Source: an uncultured archaeon
Lineage (GTDB): Archaea > Thermoproteota > Nitrososphaeria_A > Caldarchaeales > Calditenuaceae
DNA: 31,150 nucleotides
Reading direction: 5' to 3'
NCBI GenBank assembly: GCA_937921685.1
Contig: CAKZUF010000006.1
Coordinates: 1 to 31,150, forward strand
Part shown: positions 16,942-23,832 of the stretch, piece after piece
Layout of the letters: each line of letters starts with the position of its first letter
Position numbering within the stretch: the first letter of the stretch is position 1
The notes under the pieces: model-generated
Told to the model about the DNA's origin: nothing
The model's input: the letters and a program-made list of their open reading frames with translations, nothing else
Databases searched by the model: none
Position numbers and translations under genes: made by a program

Positions 16942-17571
16942 TTGCAGCATCGGACAAGGAGGGAGCTGCAGAGGAGGCTGGTAAACTGGCTGGCAGGTGG
17001 CTTGATTAGATTTTTTGCGGAGCGGGGAGTGTCCCCTTTCCTTCTAACCTACGCCTCCTTCACTCTCTCAATCGTCTCTGCGGTCTTCTACGCCTTAACA
17101 GGTGCTTCAATCCTCTTCGCAGTGTACGGTGGGGTATCATGGCTTATTTCAGGATTCTTTGATGCCATCGACGGAGAGGTCGCGCGCCTTTCATCCAGAA
17201 CCTCTAAGCTGGGCGCTTATCTAGACTCTATGTTTGACAAAGCTGGTGAGGCTCTAGTATGCATCGGCATACTGCTCTCAGGAATAGTCGATGGCGCGGC
17301 GGTGCTCCTATTCTGCGTCACATCCCTCCTCGTAAGCTACGCGAGGGCTAGGGCAGAGGGTATAGGGGTCTCGCTGAAAGGTGTGGGGATAGCTGAGAGG
17401 GCTGAGAGGATAATCCTCATCTCAGCGGCATCCTTCATAGCCCCCCTCTATCCTGCCTCCCTAAACATAGCCCTATACCTTGGAGCGGCTCTGTCGTCGA
17501 TAACCGTAGCCTGGAGGACTCACTACGTAGTCAGATCTCTAAGGGGTGAGAGGGCCGGCGCCGAGGGATAG
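16942..17571 (+). CDS. CDP-alcohol phosphatidyltransferase (archaetidylinositol-phosphate/archaetidylserine synthase-like); TTG start
   Basis: Contains the signature D-G-x2-A-R-x8-G-x3-D-x3-D (DAIDGEVARLSSRTSKLGAYLDSMFDK). It is a polytopic membrane protein. Confidence 0.8.
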   Translation: MQHRTRRELQRRLVNWLAGGLIRFFAERGVSPFLLTYASFTLSIVSAVFYALTGASILFAVYGGVSWLISGFFDAIDGEVARLSSRTSKLGAYLDSMFDKAGEALVCIGILLSGIVDGAAVLLFCVTSLLVSYARARAEGIGVSLKGVGIAERAERIILISAASFIAPLYPASLNIALYLGAALSSITVAWRTHYVVRSLRGERAGAEG

Positions 17572-17580
17572 TTAAAATTC
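17571..17580 (+). promoter_or_regulatory. TATA box (GTTAAAATTC) for rps7
   Basis: Centred about 30 nt upstream of the ATG at 17605. Confidence 0.4.
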
Positions 17581-17604
17581 TGGAGATAACTCCATAGATC
17601 TCGG

Positions 17605-18162
17605 ATGCGCATACCCGAAGAGTGGAGCACTGAAAACATTGTCATCAACGACCCAGGGCTTAAGGCCTACATATGCCTGAAACCCACCCTTATACCTCAC
17701 TCGGGAGGAAGGCATGAGCACAGAAGGTTCGGCAAGGCTGATGTCCACATAGTCGAGAGGCTGGCAAACATGTTCATGAGACCTGGAAAAAATGGGGGGA
17801 AGAAGTATAGAGGGTTACAGATCGTGCTAAACGCCCTCAGAATAGTTCAACTGAGGACCCGGGAAAACCCCCTCCAAGTCCTTATAAGGGCGATAGAGAA
17901 CTCGGCCCCCCGCGAGGACGTAACACGCGTGACCTATGGGGGCATAACGTATTTCAAGGCAGTGGATATCGCACCCCAAAGGCGCCTAGACCTCGCGCTT
18001 AGGTGGCTGGCCGAGGCGGCTAGAATCTCTTCCTTCAGGAGCCCCCTTACGACGGAGGAGGCTTTGGCAAATGAACTTATCCTTGCGGCAAGCAATGATG
18101 TAAGGAGCTACGCCATAAAAAAGAAAAACGAGCAGGAGAGAGTAGCCCTAGCCTCTAGGTGA
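17605..18162 (+). CDS. rps7: 30S ribosomal protein S7 (uS7)
   Basis: Matches archaeal uS7 through PHSGGRHEHRRFGKADVHIVERLANMFMRPGKNGGKK, NPLQVLIRAIENSAPREDVTRV and AVDIAPQRRLDLALRW. Confidence 0.9.
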   Translation: MRIPEEWSTENIVINDPGLKAYICLKPTLIPHSGGRHEHRRFGKADVHIVERLANMFMRPGKNGGKKYRGLQIVLNALRIVQLRTRENPLQVLIRAIENSAPREDVTRVTYGGITYFKAVDIAPQRRLDLALRWLAEAARISSFRSPLTTEEALANELILAASNDVRSYAIKKKNEQERVALASR

Positions 18163-18190
18163 TTTTCTTGCTTATGGAGGCCAGAGTGGG

Positions 18191-18200
18191 CTTAAATAGG
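18191..18200 (+). promoter_or_regulatory. TATA box (CTTAAATAGG) for tuf
   Basis: Centred about 34 nt upstream of the TTG start at 18229. Confidence 0.4.
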
Positions 18201-18228
18201 AGCAGTATTAATTTTAATCGAGTCTGAA

Positions 18229-19527
18229 TTGTCTCAGAAGCCACACCTCAATCTCATAGTGATTGGACACGTAGACCATGGAAAATCGACGACTATGGGT
18301 CACTTCCTAGTGCTTAACAAGACGGTCGACGAGAGACAGCTGAAACAGCTGGAAGAGGAGGCTAAGAGGCTGGGAAAAGACACCTTTGTCTATGCCTTCA
18401 TCATGGACCAGATAAAAGAGGAGAGGGAGAGGGGTCTGACGATCCAGCTGAGCTTCCAGAAATTCGAGACTAAGAAGTACTTCTTCACAATCATCGACGC
18501 CCCAGGGCATAGAGACTTCGTCAAGAACATGATTACGGGCGCCTCACAGGCAGACGCAGCCATCCTAGTAGTCTCAGCCAAGAAAGGCGAGTATGAGGTA
18601 GGAATCTCGACAGGCGGCCAAACCAAGGAGCACTTATTCCTCTCATTCATGCTAGGCATAAGACAGTACATCGTCTTGGTAAACAAGATGGACGACGCAT
18701 CTGTCAACTGGTCGAAAGAGAGGTACGAAGAGGTCAAGCAGGGCGTCTCCTCGCTCATGAAACAGATAGGTATCGACCCTTCTAAGATTCCGTTCATACC
18801 AGTATCAGGGTGGACTGGCGACAACCTAGTCAGCAGGAGTGACAAGATGCCCTGGTATACGGGCCCCACACTATTAGAGGCCCTAGACCTGTTCCAAGAG
18901 CCCGCCAAGCCGATTGACAAGCCATTAAGGCTGCCCATCCAGGCGGTCTACTCAATTAAAGGTGTCGGCACTGTTCCAGTCGGGCGTGTAGAAACTGGCG
19001 TCCTGAAGCCTGGAGACCAGATAGTTATCATGCCCGGCAACATTAGGGCGGAGGTAAAGAGTATAGAGATGCACCACACACCCCTGCAGCAGGCTGTGCC
19101 CGGAGACAACATAGGGTTTAACCTGAAGGGTGTAGATAAGTCGCAGCTCGCTAGAGGCATGGTAGCAAGCCACGTGGATAATCCGTGTAAAGTGGCTGAG
19201 GAGTTTGAGGCGCAGATAATCGTGATAAACCATCCGACGGCTGTGGCAGTGGGCTATACTCCGGTAATGCACATTCACACCGCACAGGTTGCAGTCAAGT
19301 TTAAAGAGCTTAAAGCGAAGATTGACCCGAGAACGGGCCAAGTGGTTGAACAGAACCCACAGTTCCTCAAGACAGGTGATGCGGCTCTAGTTGTACTACA
19401 GCCACTTAGACCAGTAGCCTTGGAAGCCTACAGCGACTTCCCACAGCTCGGGAGGTTCGCTATAAGAGACATGGGAATAACTGTTGCTGCAGGCGTAGTG
19501 AAAAAGATAACAAAACTAGCCGCCTAG
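18229..19527 (+). CDS. tuf: translation elongation factor 1-alpha (aEF-1A/EF-Tu); TTG start
   Basis: Has the G-domain motifs GHVDHGKST, DAPGH and NKMD. The N-terminus (M)SQKPHLNLIVIGHVDHGKST is the conserved crenarchaeal EF-1alpha N-terminus, which fixes the TTG as initiator. Confidence 0.97.
   Translation: MSQKPHLNLIVIGHVDHGKSTTMGHFLVLNKTVDERQLKQLEEEAKRLGKDTFVYAFIMDQIKEERERGLTIQLSFQKFETKKYFFTIIDAPGHRDFVKNMITGASQADAAILVVSAKKGEYEVGISTGGQTKEHLFLSFMLGIRQYIVLVNKMDDASVNWSKERYEEVKQGVSSLMKQIGIDPSKIPFIPVSGWTGDNLVSRSDKMPWYTGPTLLEALDLFQEPAKPIDKPLRLPIQAVYSIKGVGTVPVGRVETGVLKPGDQIVIMPGNIRAEVKSIEMHHTPLQQAVPGDNIGFNLKGVDKSQLARGMVASHVDNPCKVAEEFEAQIIVINHPTAVAVGYTPVMHIHTAQVAVKFKELKAKIDPRTGQVVEQNPQFLKTGDAALVVLQPLRPVALEAYSDFPQLGRFAIRDMGITVAAGVVKKITKLAA
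19501..19516 (-). terminator. T-rich tract (TTTTGTTATCTTTTT on the minus strand) immediately downstream of the rps10 stop, embedded in the last codons of tuf
   Basis: The plus strand reads aaaaagataacaaaac. It is the only oligo-T signal available to rps10 transcripts because the two stop codons abut. Confidence 0.3.
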
Positions 19528-19842
19528 CTAAGTGCTAAGCCTCATCTCAACCGAAACTTCCTCAGGTATTTGTATCCTCATCAACTCTCTCATAACCCTA
19601 GGGTCATTGATAACAAGGTCTATCACCCGCCTGTGCATTCTCAACTCCCACTTCCTCCATGTCTTAGTCCCTTCTCCGCACGGGGATTTTCTCACAGGCA
19701 GAACCAGCCGACGCGTGGGTAGTGGCGTAGGCCCACGCATCTTCGCACCGGTCCTATCTACAATGCCTTTAATCTCCCTGCATATCGACTCGAGCTTCTC
19801 CAAGTCCGTCGACGTCAGCTTTATCCTCACGACCTGTTGCAT
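19528..19842 (-). CDS. rps10: 30S ribosomal protein S10 (uS10)
   Basis: VRIKLTSTDLEKLESICREIKGIVDRTGAKMRGPTPLPTRRLVLPVRKSPCGEGTKTWRKWELRMHRRVIDL is a clear uS10. ATG 19842 is preferred over GTG 19854 because of the TATA at 19873..19881. Confidence 0.9.
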   Translation of the reverse strand: MQQVVRIKLTSTDLEKLESICREIKGIVDRTGAKMRGPTPLPTRRLVLPVRKSPCGEGTKTWRKWELRMHRRVIDLVINDPRVMRELMRIQIPEEVSVEMRLST

Positions 19843-19872
19843 GGGAAACCGCACATGAGATAGCTAAGAGGA

Positions 19873-19881
19873 CTATATTAG
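19873..19881 (-). promoter_or_regulatory. TATA box (CTAATATAG on the minus strand) for rps10
   Basis: Lies about 35 nt upstream of ATG 19842 and directly after the stop of the upstream gene. This indicates an independent rps10 promoter. Confidence 0.4.
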
Positions 19882-19883
19882 CT

Positions 19884-20846
19884 TCAGCCTTGGGGTGTGA
19901 GGGCACCCAGAATGACGTATTGGAGGACAATTGACAGGTATATTAGAGAGAGGCAGATGAGGGCTGCGATATGCCACCTTATACTTCTGAGGTGTGAGAG
20001 GGAGCTTGTTAAAAGTAGAAAGCTGATGAACTGCGAGGACACTAGAACGATATTGGCTGCAAGCGAGGTGGGGACTACGCTGCTGGGGGAGTGGAACCAC
20101 GCCCAGCCCCTCACCTTCGCTATGAAGAGCAGGAAGGGGTATAACGACATGGGCAGGATGCCTATAGAGACTGCTGCTAACCCCTTCAGAGCCGACCTGT
20201 TAAATGTTACGACGCTGAGTATGAAGCCCTTAACATGTTTTAGGGTGTTGTCCTCCTGCTTTCCCACTATCCTTCTTTTTCTTAATTCGTCATAGAGGCC
20301 TGTAAGGGCTGACAGATAGATGTAGATGAAGGCGATCGTACCTAGCAGGGTTAGTATGGTGCCTGCTAGGTCAAAGTTTCTCCAGTGATAGACGTGGAGG
20401 CCAATGAGGGAGATCTTCCCATTAAGGTATAAGGCCATGTTCAAAAGAGCGCTTAGAGAGCCTAGAATCACGGCGATTACGGTTCTGTCGAGCGCAGGGC
20501 CTAGTATCCAGCTTGGATGGATAACAGTCGTGAATAAGCGGTCAAGAAAGCTTTGCGGATTCTTAACATTCTCGAGAAGGAGTGGGTCACCTGCTTTTAG
20601 CATCTTGTAAACTTCTAGCCCTTTCTCAGTTAGATAGTAGTTGCGCTTGCTATCCTGAGCAACGAATGGTTCAAGCTGTTTAAGATTATAGTATAGGCTC
20701 CCAGTGCTTATCTGTAGGCTTGCCCTGAGAGCTGATGCGCTGACTCTCCCCGCGTCGCCAATAGCCAGTATGATTCGACGCCTAGTCCTATGGTTGAGAA
20801 GCCATACTGGGTTATCTTCAGAAGTGTCATTTACAGACGCCACCAA
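19884..20846 (-). CDS. fusion protein: N-terminal ArsR-like winged-helix domain plus C-terminal multi-pass membrane domain
   Basis: The N-terminus RRRIILAIGDAGRVSASALRASLQISTGSLYYNLKQLEPFVAQDSKRNYYLTEKGLEVYKML is wHTH. About six hydrophobic helices follow. Confidence 0.6.
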   Translation of the reverse strand: MVASVNDTSEDNPVWLLNHRTRRRIILAIGDAGRVSASALRASLQISTGSLYYNLKQLEPFVAQDSKRNYYLTEKGLEVYKMLKAGDPLLLENVKNPQSFLDRLFTTVIHPSWILGPALDRTVIAVILGSLSALLNMALYLNGKISLIGLHVYHWRNFDLAGTILTLLGTIAFIYIYLSALTGLYDELRKRRIVGKQEDNTLKHVKGFILSVVTFNRSALKGLAAVSIGILPMSLYPFLLFIAKVRGWAWFHSPSSVVPTSLAANIVLVSSQFISFLLLTSSLSHLRSIRWHIAALICLSLIYLSIVLQYVILGALTPQG

Positions 20847-20891
20847 GGCTTACCTTACCTAATCGACTTCATGCATTTAAACATTGCAGGG

Positions 20892-20956
20892 GGCGGCTCA
20901 GATAAATGCCTTGAATACATCAAGATTCCTCGTAACTCTGAGTCTTCATCGCCGCC
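20892..20956 (-). ncRNA. candidate C/D box sRNA (2'-O-methylation guide), 65 nt
   Basis: The minus strand reads GGCGGC-G-AUGAAGA(C box, 1 mismatch)-CUCAGAGUUACG(12 nt)-AGGA(D')-AUC-UUGAUGU(C')-AUUCAAGGCAUUUAU-CUGA(D)-GCCGCC. A 6-bp terminal stem flanks the C and D boxes with k-turn spacing. A TATA box lies 28 nt upstream (20979..20988). Confidence 0.4.
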
Positions 20957-20978
20957 TAATCATCGTTATATGGCGTCT

Positions 20979-20988
20979 GCATATAAGG
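20979..20988 (-). promoter_or_regulatory. TATA box (CCTTATATGC on the minus strand) upstream of the candidate C/D sRNA
   Basis: Centred about 28 nt upstream of the proposed sRNA 5' end at 20956. It is not well placed for either flanking protein gene. Confidence 0.35.
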
Positions 20989-21049
20989 CTAGCAGCCTCC
21001 GACGAATGGTAAGTTTTAAAGAGGGGATAATAATTATCATCGTCAGCGC

Positions 21050-21880
21050 ATGTCTGAGATGTCGGAGTCGCGAATCACACACGGTGACAGAGTCTTGATC
21101 GTTACGGAGACGGGGCATAGATATTTTCTGACTCTAAGGAAGGGTCAGCTTTTCCACACAGCTGATGGCTATTTTGAGACGGACCAGATAGTGTCTCTGG
21201 CTGAGGGCGGCGAGATTCGGAGCAACATAGGGAGACGGGGGGTTGTATTCAGGCCGCTACTCCTAGAGCACTTGTTATCACTCCCTAGGAGGACACAGAT
21301 CATCTATCCTAAAGACTTCGGGTTTATTCTAGTCCTCTCAGGTGTTAGACCAGGTTCTCGGGTAGTTGAAGGTGGGACTGGAAGCGGTGTACTGGCACTC
21401 TTACTCGCGGCATATGTGGCGCCGAACGGCAAGATATACAGCTACGACATCGACGGAGAGAACTTCCCCGCCATTATGAAGATGGCTGAAAGGCTTGGTC
21501 TCTCACACGTCCTAGAGTTGAAGAAAGGTGATATCTACAGTGGCGTGGAGGAAGTGGGTGTGGACGCATTCATAGCGGACGTCCCCCAGCCTTGGGACGC
21601 CATAGACCAAGCTAAGAAGTCCCTCAGGGGCGGAGGCATGTTCGTCTCAATCGTGCCAACCGTGGAGCAATTGGTTAAGACGAGTGAGAAGCTCAGGGAG
21701 CGGGGATTTCTAGAATATTTCAGTGGAGAGTTAATTATAAGGCCTTGGAGGGTGAGGCATGGGATGACCCGACCTCACCACATATCGAGGGCTCACACCG
21801 TCTTCATAGTTGCGGCGAGAAAAACAGAGTTTGAGAGTCTTTCTGACTGGACTCTTAAACTACCTGACGGCCTCAGGTGA
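21050..21880 (+). CDS. trmI: tRNA (adenine-N1)-methyltransferase TrmI (m1A57/58; Gcd14 family)
   Basis: Contains the SAM-binding motif VVEGGTGSGVLALLLA, the Gcd14-type N-terminal domain (GDRVLIV...YFLTL..G) and the catalytic region DAFIADVPQPW. Confidence 0.85.
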   Translation: MSEMSESRITHGDRVLIVTETGHRYFLTLRKGQLFHTADGYFETDQIVSLAEGGEIRSNIGRRGVVFRPLLLEHLLSLPRRTQIIYPKDFGFILVLSGVRPGSRVVEGGTGSGVLALLLAAYVAPNGKIYSYDIDGENFPAIMKMAERLGLSHVLELKKGDIYSGVEEVGVDAFIADVPQPWDAIDQAKKSLRGGGMFVSIVPTVEQLVKTSEKLRERGFLEYFSGELIIRPWRVRHGMTRPHHISRAHTVFIVAARKTEFESLSDWTLKLPDGLR

Positions 21881-22486
21881 CTGGGCTCTATCTTCTTCCT
21901 CAAGGGAAGATAAATAGTGTATAAGCTTGGATGCGGCGTCGTCTACATGCTGGAATGGGTATGCCTCGGGGTATCTGAAGGAGAATTTAACGAAGTAGCT
22001 TGAAGAGTAGGTAGAGGATGCGATTGCATAGGCTATGCTGATCTTCTGGTGTTCTTCAATCTCTTCTATCGTCTCGCCCTCTCTTTTTCTGACGCCTGCC
22101 ACGTTGTCCTTAAGCCTTCTCGCCAGAATGTCCTCAGGCCTGAACTCTAAAAATATTATAGCCCTCGGCCTTATCCTTTGCGTCACGTTGGGAGGTAGTC
22201 CCGGGTAATATCCCTTTGGAGTTTTAACAGCTGCATGTGTATCTACGATGACTCTACCGCTAATTCCCCCTATTTTCTCGGCTGCCTTCTCCTGCAGCCT
22301 TATATAGGACTCAGAGTCCATGAGCCTTCTCATGTCGTCTCTACTCCTCATCCCGAGTCTGCGCGCCTCCTCAAACATGACATCCCCAAAATTCACGACG
22401 GATAAGTCCTCCACATTCTCAGAGACCCTCTTCAATATTGTGGACTTTCCCGCACCTGGAACTGCAATCAAAATGACCCTATACAT
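21860..22486 (-). CDS. adkA: archaeal-type adenylate kinase
   Basis: Has the P-loop VILIAVPGAGKSTI at the extreme N-terminus. The length and overall pattern match the archaeal AdkA family. Confidence 0.85.
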   Translation of the reverse strand: MYRVILIAVPGAGKSTILKRVSENVEDLSVVNFGDVMFEEARRLGMRSRDDMRRLMDSESYIRLQEKAAEKIGGISGRVIVDTHAAVKTPKGYYPGLPPNVTQRIRPRAIIFLEFRPEDILARRLKDNVAGVRKREGETIEEIEEHQKISIAYAIASSTYSSSYFVKFSFRYPEAYPFQHVDDAASKLIHYLSSLEEEDRAQSPEAVR

Positions 22487-22523
22487 GTCATCACATTTAA
22501 ACAGGTGTTCTTGGAAAATTTAT

Positions 22524-22745
22524 CTATAGTGCCGATTTCAGGACTATCTTCGCCGCCTTCTCCACATCCTCCTTCTTCACCGTACGCCGACCTGCATGCT
22601 GTGCAAGCTCGATAGCTTGGGATGCAACCTTCATGCCTATATCCTCTAATATCTTCCGAAGCTCCTCAACCGCCTCCTCACTGACCCGCGCTGCACCCGC
22701 CTTCCTTAAAATCCTGTGTAATGGCGCATTAGAGAGCTCGGACAT
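22524..22745 (-). CDS. archaeal histone (HMf-type histone fold)
   Basis: A single histone fold of about 70 aa: SELSNAPLHRILRKAGAARVSEEAVEELRKILEDIGMKVASQAIELAQHAGRRTVKKEDVEKA. ATG 22745 is preferred over TTG 22748 because the TATA lies 28 nt upstream. Confidence 0.9.
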   Translation of the reverse strand: MSELSNAPLHRILRKAGAARVSEEAVEELRKILEDIGMKVASQAIELAQHAGRRTVKKEDVEKAAKIVLKSAL

Positions 22746-22769
22746 CAAATTGTTGATGTGGGTGGCAGG

Positions 22770-22777
22770 ATATATAT
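22770..22777 (-). promoter_or_regulatory. TATA box (ATATATAT core) for the histone gene
   Basis: The minus strand reads GCATATATATCC, centred 28 nt upstream of ATG 22745. Confidence 0.45.
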
Positions 22778-22859
22778 GCCCGCCGACAGGATACTGGCAG
22801 ATACTTTAAAAAATACACTCGTATGTCTTTGGGTGGTGCTTTTTTGAACCGTGATGAAA

Positions 22860-22868
22860 CTTTATAAG
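22860..22868 (+). promoter_or_regulatory. TATA box (CTTTATAAG) for the zinc-ribbon coiled-coil gene
   Basis: Centred about 31 nt upstream of TTG 22895. Confidence 0.45.
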
Positions 22869-22894
22869 AGCGTGATAAAAAGGTGTAAACGGCA

Positions 22895-23755
22895 TTGGCG
22901 TTATTGAATAGGGTCGTCTGCCCGCACTGCAAGAGGTTGACCCTGAGGGGGAAATATTGCATGAACTGTGGTAAGGAGCTTCCGGCTGAGCTGGCCCTTG
23001 AGACTCCGCTTCAGCAGCCATCCCCCCCGCAGCAGGCTGAAGAGCTTATACCAGCGACTACTACCGCCACGCCGCAGGTAGTGCAGCCCCCGACGCCGCA
23101 GGTTCCAGAGGCTCCCGCTGCCGAGGAAGTGGCCGAGGAGCGGAAGCTTGTCGAGCAGCTCTCCAAGCTACACACCTGGTCCCTGAAGCTTATTGACCTA
23201 TTGCTGGCAGGTGAGGTCCCGATAACAGTCTTTAAAGAGCTGTACGATGAGTACCGCTCCAGGATCAGCACCTTAGACCAGAAGCGTGTTGACACCATGA
23301 ATAGGATTAGCGAGAGGATAAAGGAGCTGACGCAGAAATCTGAATCCCTAAAGATTAGGCACGAGGTTAATGAGATAAGTGACCGCGACTATATTAGGCA
23401 GAAGATTGAGCTGGACAAGGAGCTTACAAGGCTGAGGCCGAAGCTCTCAATACTCCAGAACCCCTTGGAGATAAGGCTCGCTGATATCCCAGCCTTCACC
23501 GAGAGCCTCGCCAGCAAGATCCAGAATGTAAAGAGTAATGGGGAGCAGGTAGGCCTCGACAAGGACACTATATCCACGATCGTAACTGACCTGCAGTCGT
23601 TGCTGGATGCCTGTCAGGGCCTAGTCAAGCAGCATGAGAAGATTCAACACGAGATCAAGAAGCTCGAGACAAGATATAAGATTGGGGAGCTCAAGCAGGA
23701 TGAGTATCTCGCCCAGAGGCAGAGGCTTGAGCGGCAACTGGAGCTGACATTCTAA
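22895..23755 (+). CDS. zinc-ribbon / Pro-Gln-rich linker / long coiled-coil protein (candidate crenactin-associated, arcadin-like); TTG start
   Basis: Has an N-terminal CxxC-x9-CxxC (CPHCKRLTLRGKYCMNCG), a low-complexity P/Q/T/A linker of about 60 aa, and about 190 aa of heptad-rich helix with a basic/acidic pattern. It lies directly upstream of the actin homologue. Confidence 0.6.
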   Translation: MALLNRVVCPHCKRLTLRGKYCMNCGKELPAELALETPLQQPSPPQQAEELIPATTTATPQVVQPPTPQVPEAPAAEEVAEERKLVEQLSKLHTWSLKLIDLLLAGEVPITVFKELYDEYRSRISTLDQKRVDTMNRISERIKELTQKSESLKIRHEVNEISDRDYIRQKIELDKELTRLRPKLSILQNPLEIRLADIPAFTESLASKIQNVKSNGEQVGLDKDTISTIVTDLQSLLDACQGLVKQHEKIQHEIKKLETRYKIGELKQDEYLAQRQRLERQLELTF

Positions 23756-23768
23756 GGCCCTGAGACGG

Positions 23769-23780
23769 TTTTTCGTTTTT
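23769..23780 (+). terminator. two T5 tracts (TTTTTCGTTTTT) after the coiled-coil gene
   Basis: An oligo-T termination signal 14 nt after the stop codon, ahead of the crenactin promoter region. Confidence 0.4.
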
Positions 23781-23832
23781 CGACGTCCCTCGCTAAACTT
23801 TAACAACTCCCCCTTTCCATCTCTTCATCGGC

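Noticed and set aside
16864-16950. N-terminal 29-codon extension of thrS in the tracked ORF (MLQSTPQARIICSEIFLIIGSLCPMFSDG)
   Set aside because: The archaeal ThrRS editing domain begins at MKALQLHVDYIEYE. The extension would swallow the only A/T-rich promoter block and overlap the divergent gene's start.
19532-19858. 108-aa plus-strand ORF exactly mirroring rps10
   Set aside because: The minus strand encodes an unmistakable uS10. The plus-strand ORF is a codon-complement artefact and would also leave tuf and this ORF without any spacer or promoter.
22851-22857. Perfect C-box-like GTGATGA in the histone/coiled-coil spacer as a second C/D sRNA
   Set aside because: There is no CUGA D box or terminal stem at appropriate spacing downstream on that strand. 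The region immediately following is the TATA box and start of the 22895 gene.
23069-23103. Exact 11-nt direct repeat ACGCCGCAGGT at 23069..23079 and 23093..23103 (period 24 nt)
   Set aside because: It lies in frame within the Pro/Gln-rich linker and encodes TPQV twice. This is low-complexity coding repetition, not a CRISPR, an att site or a mobile-element boundary.
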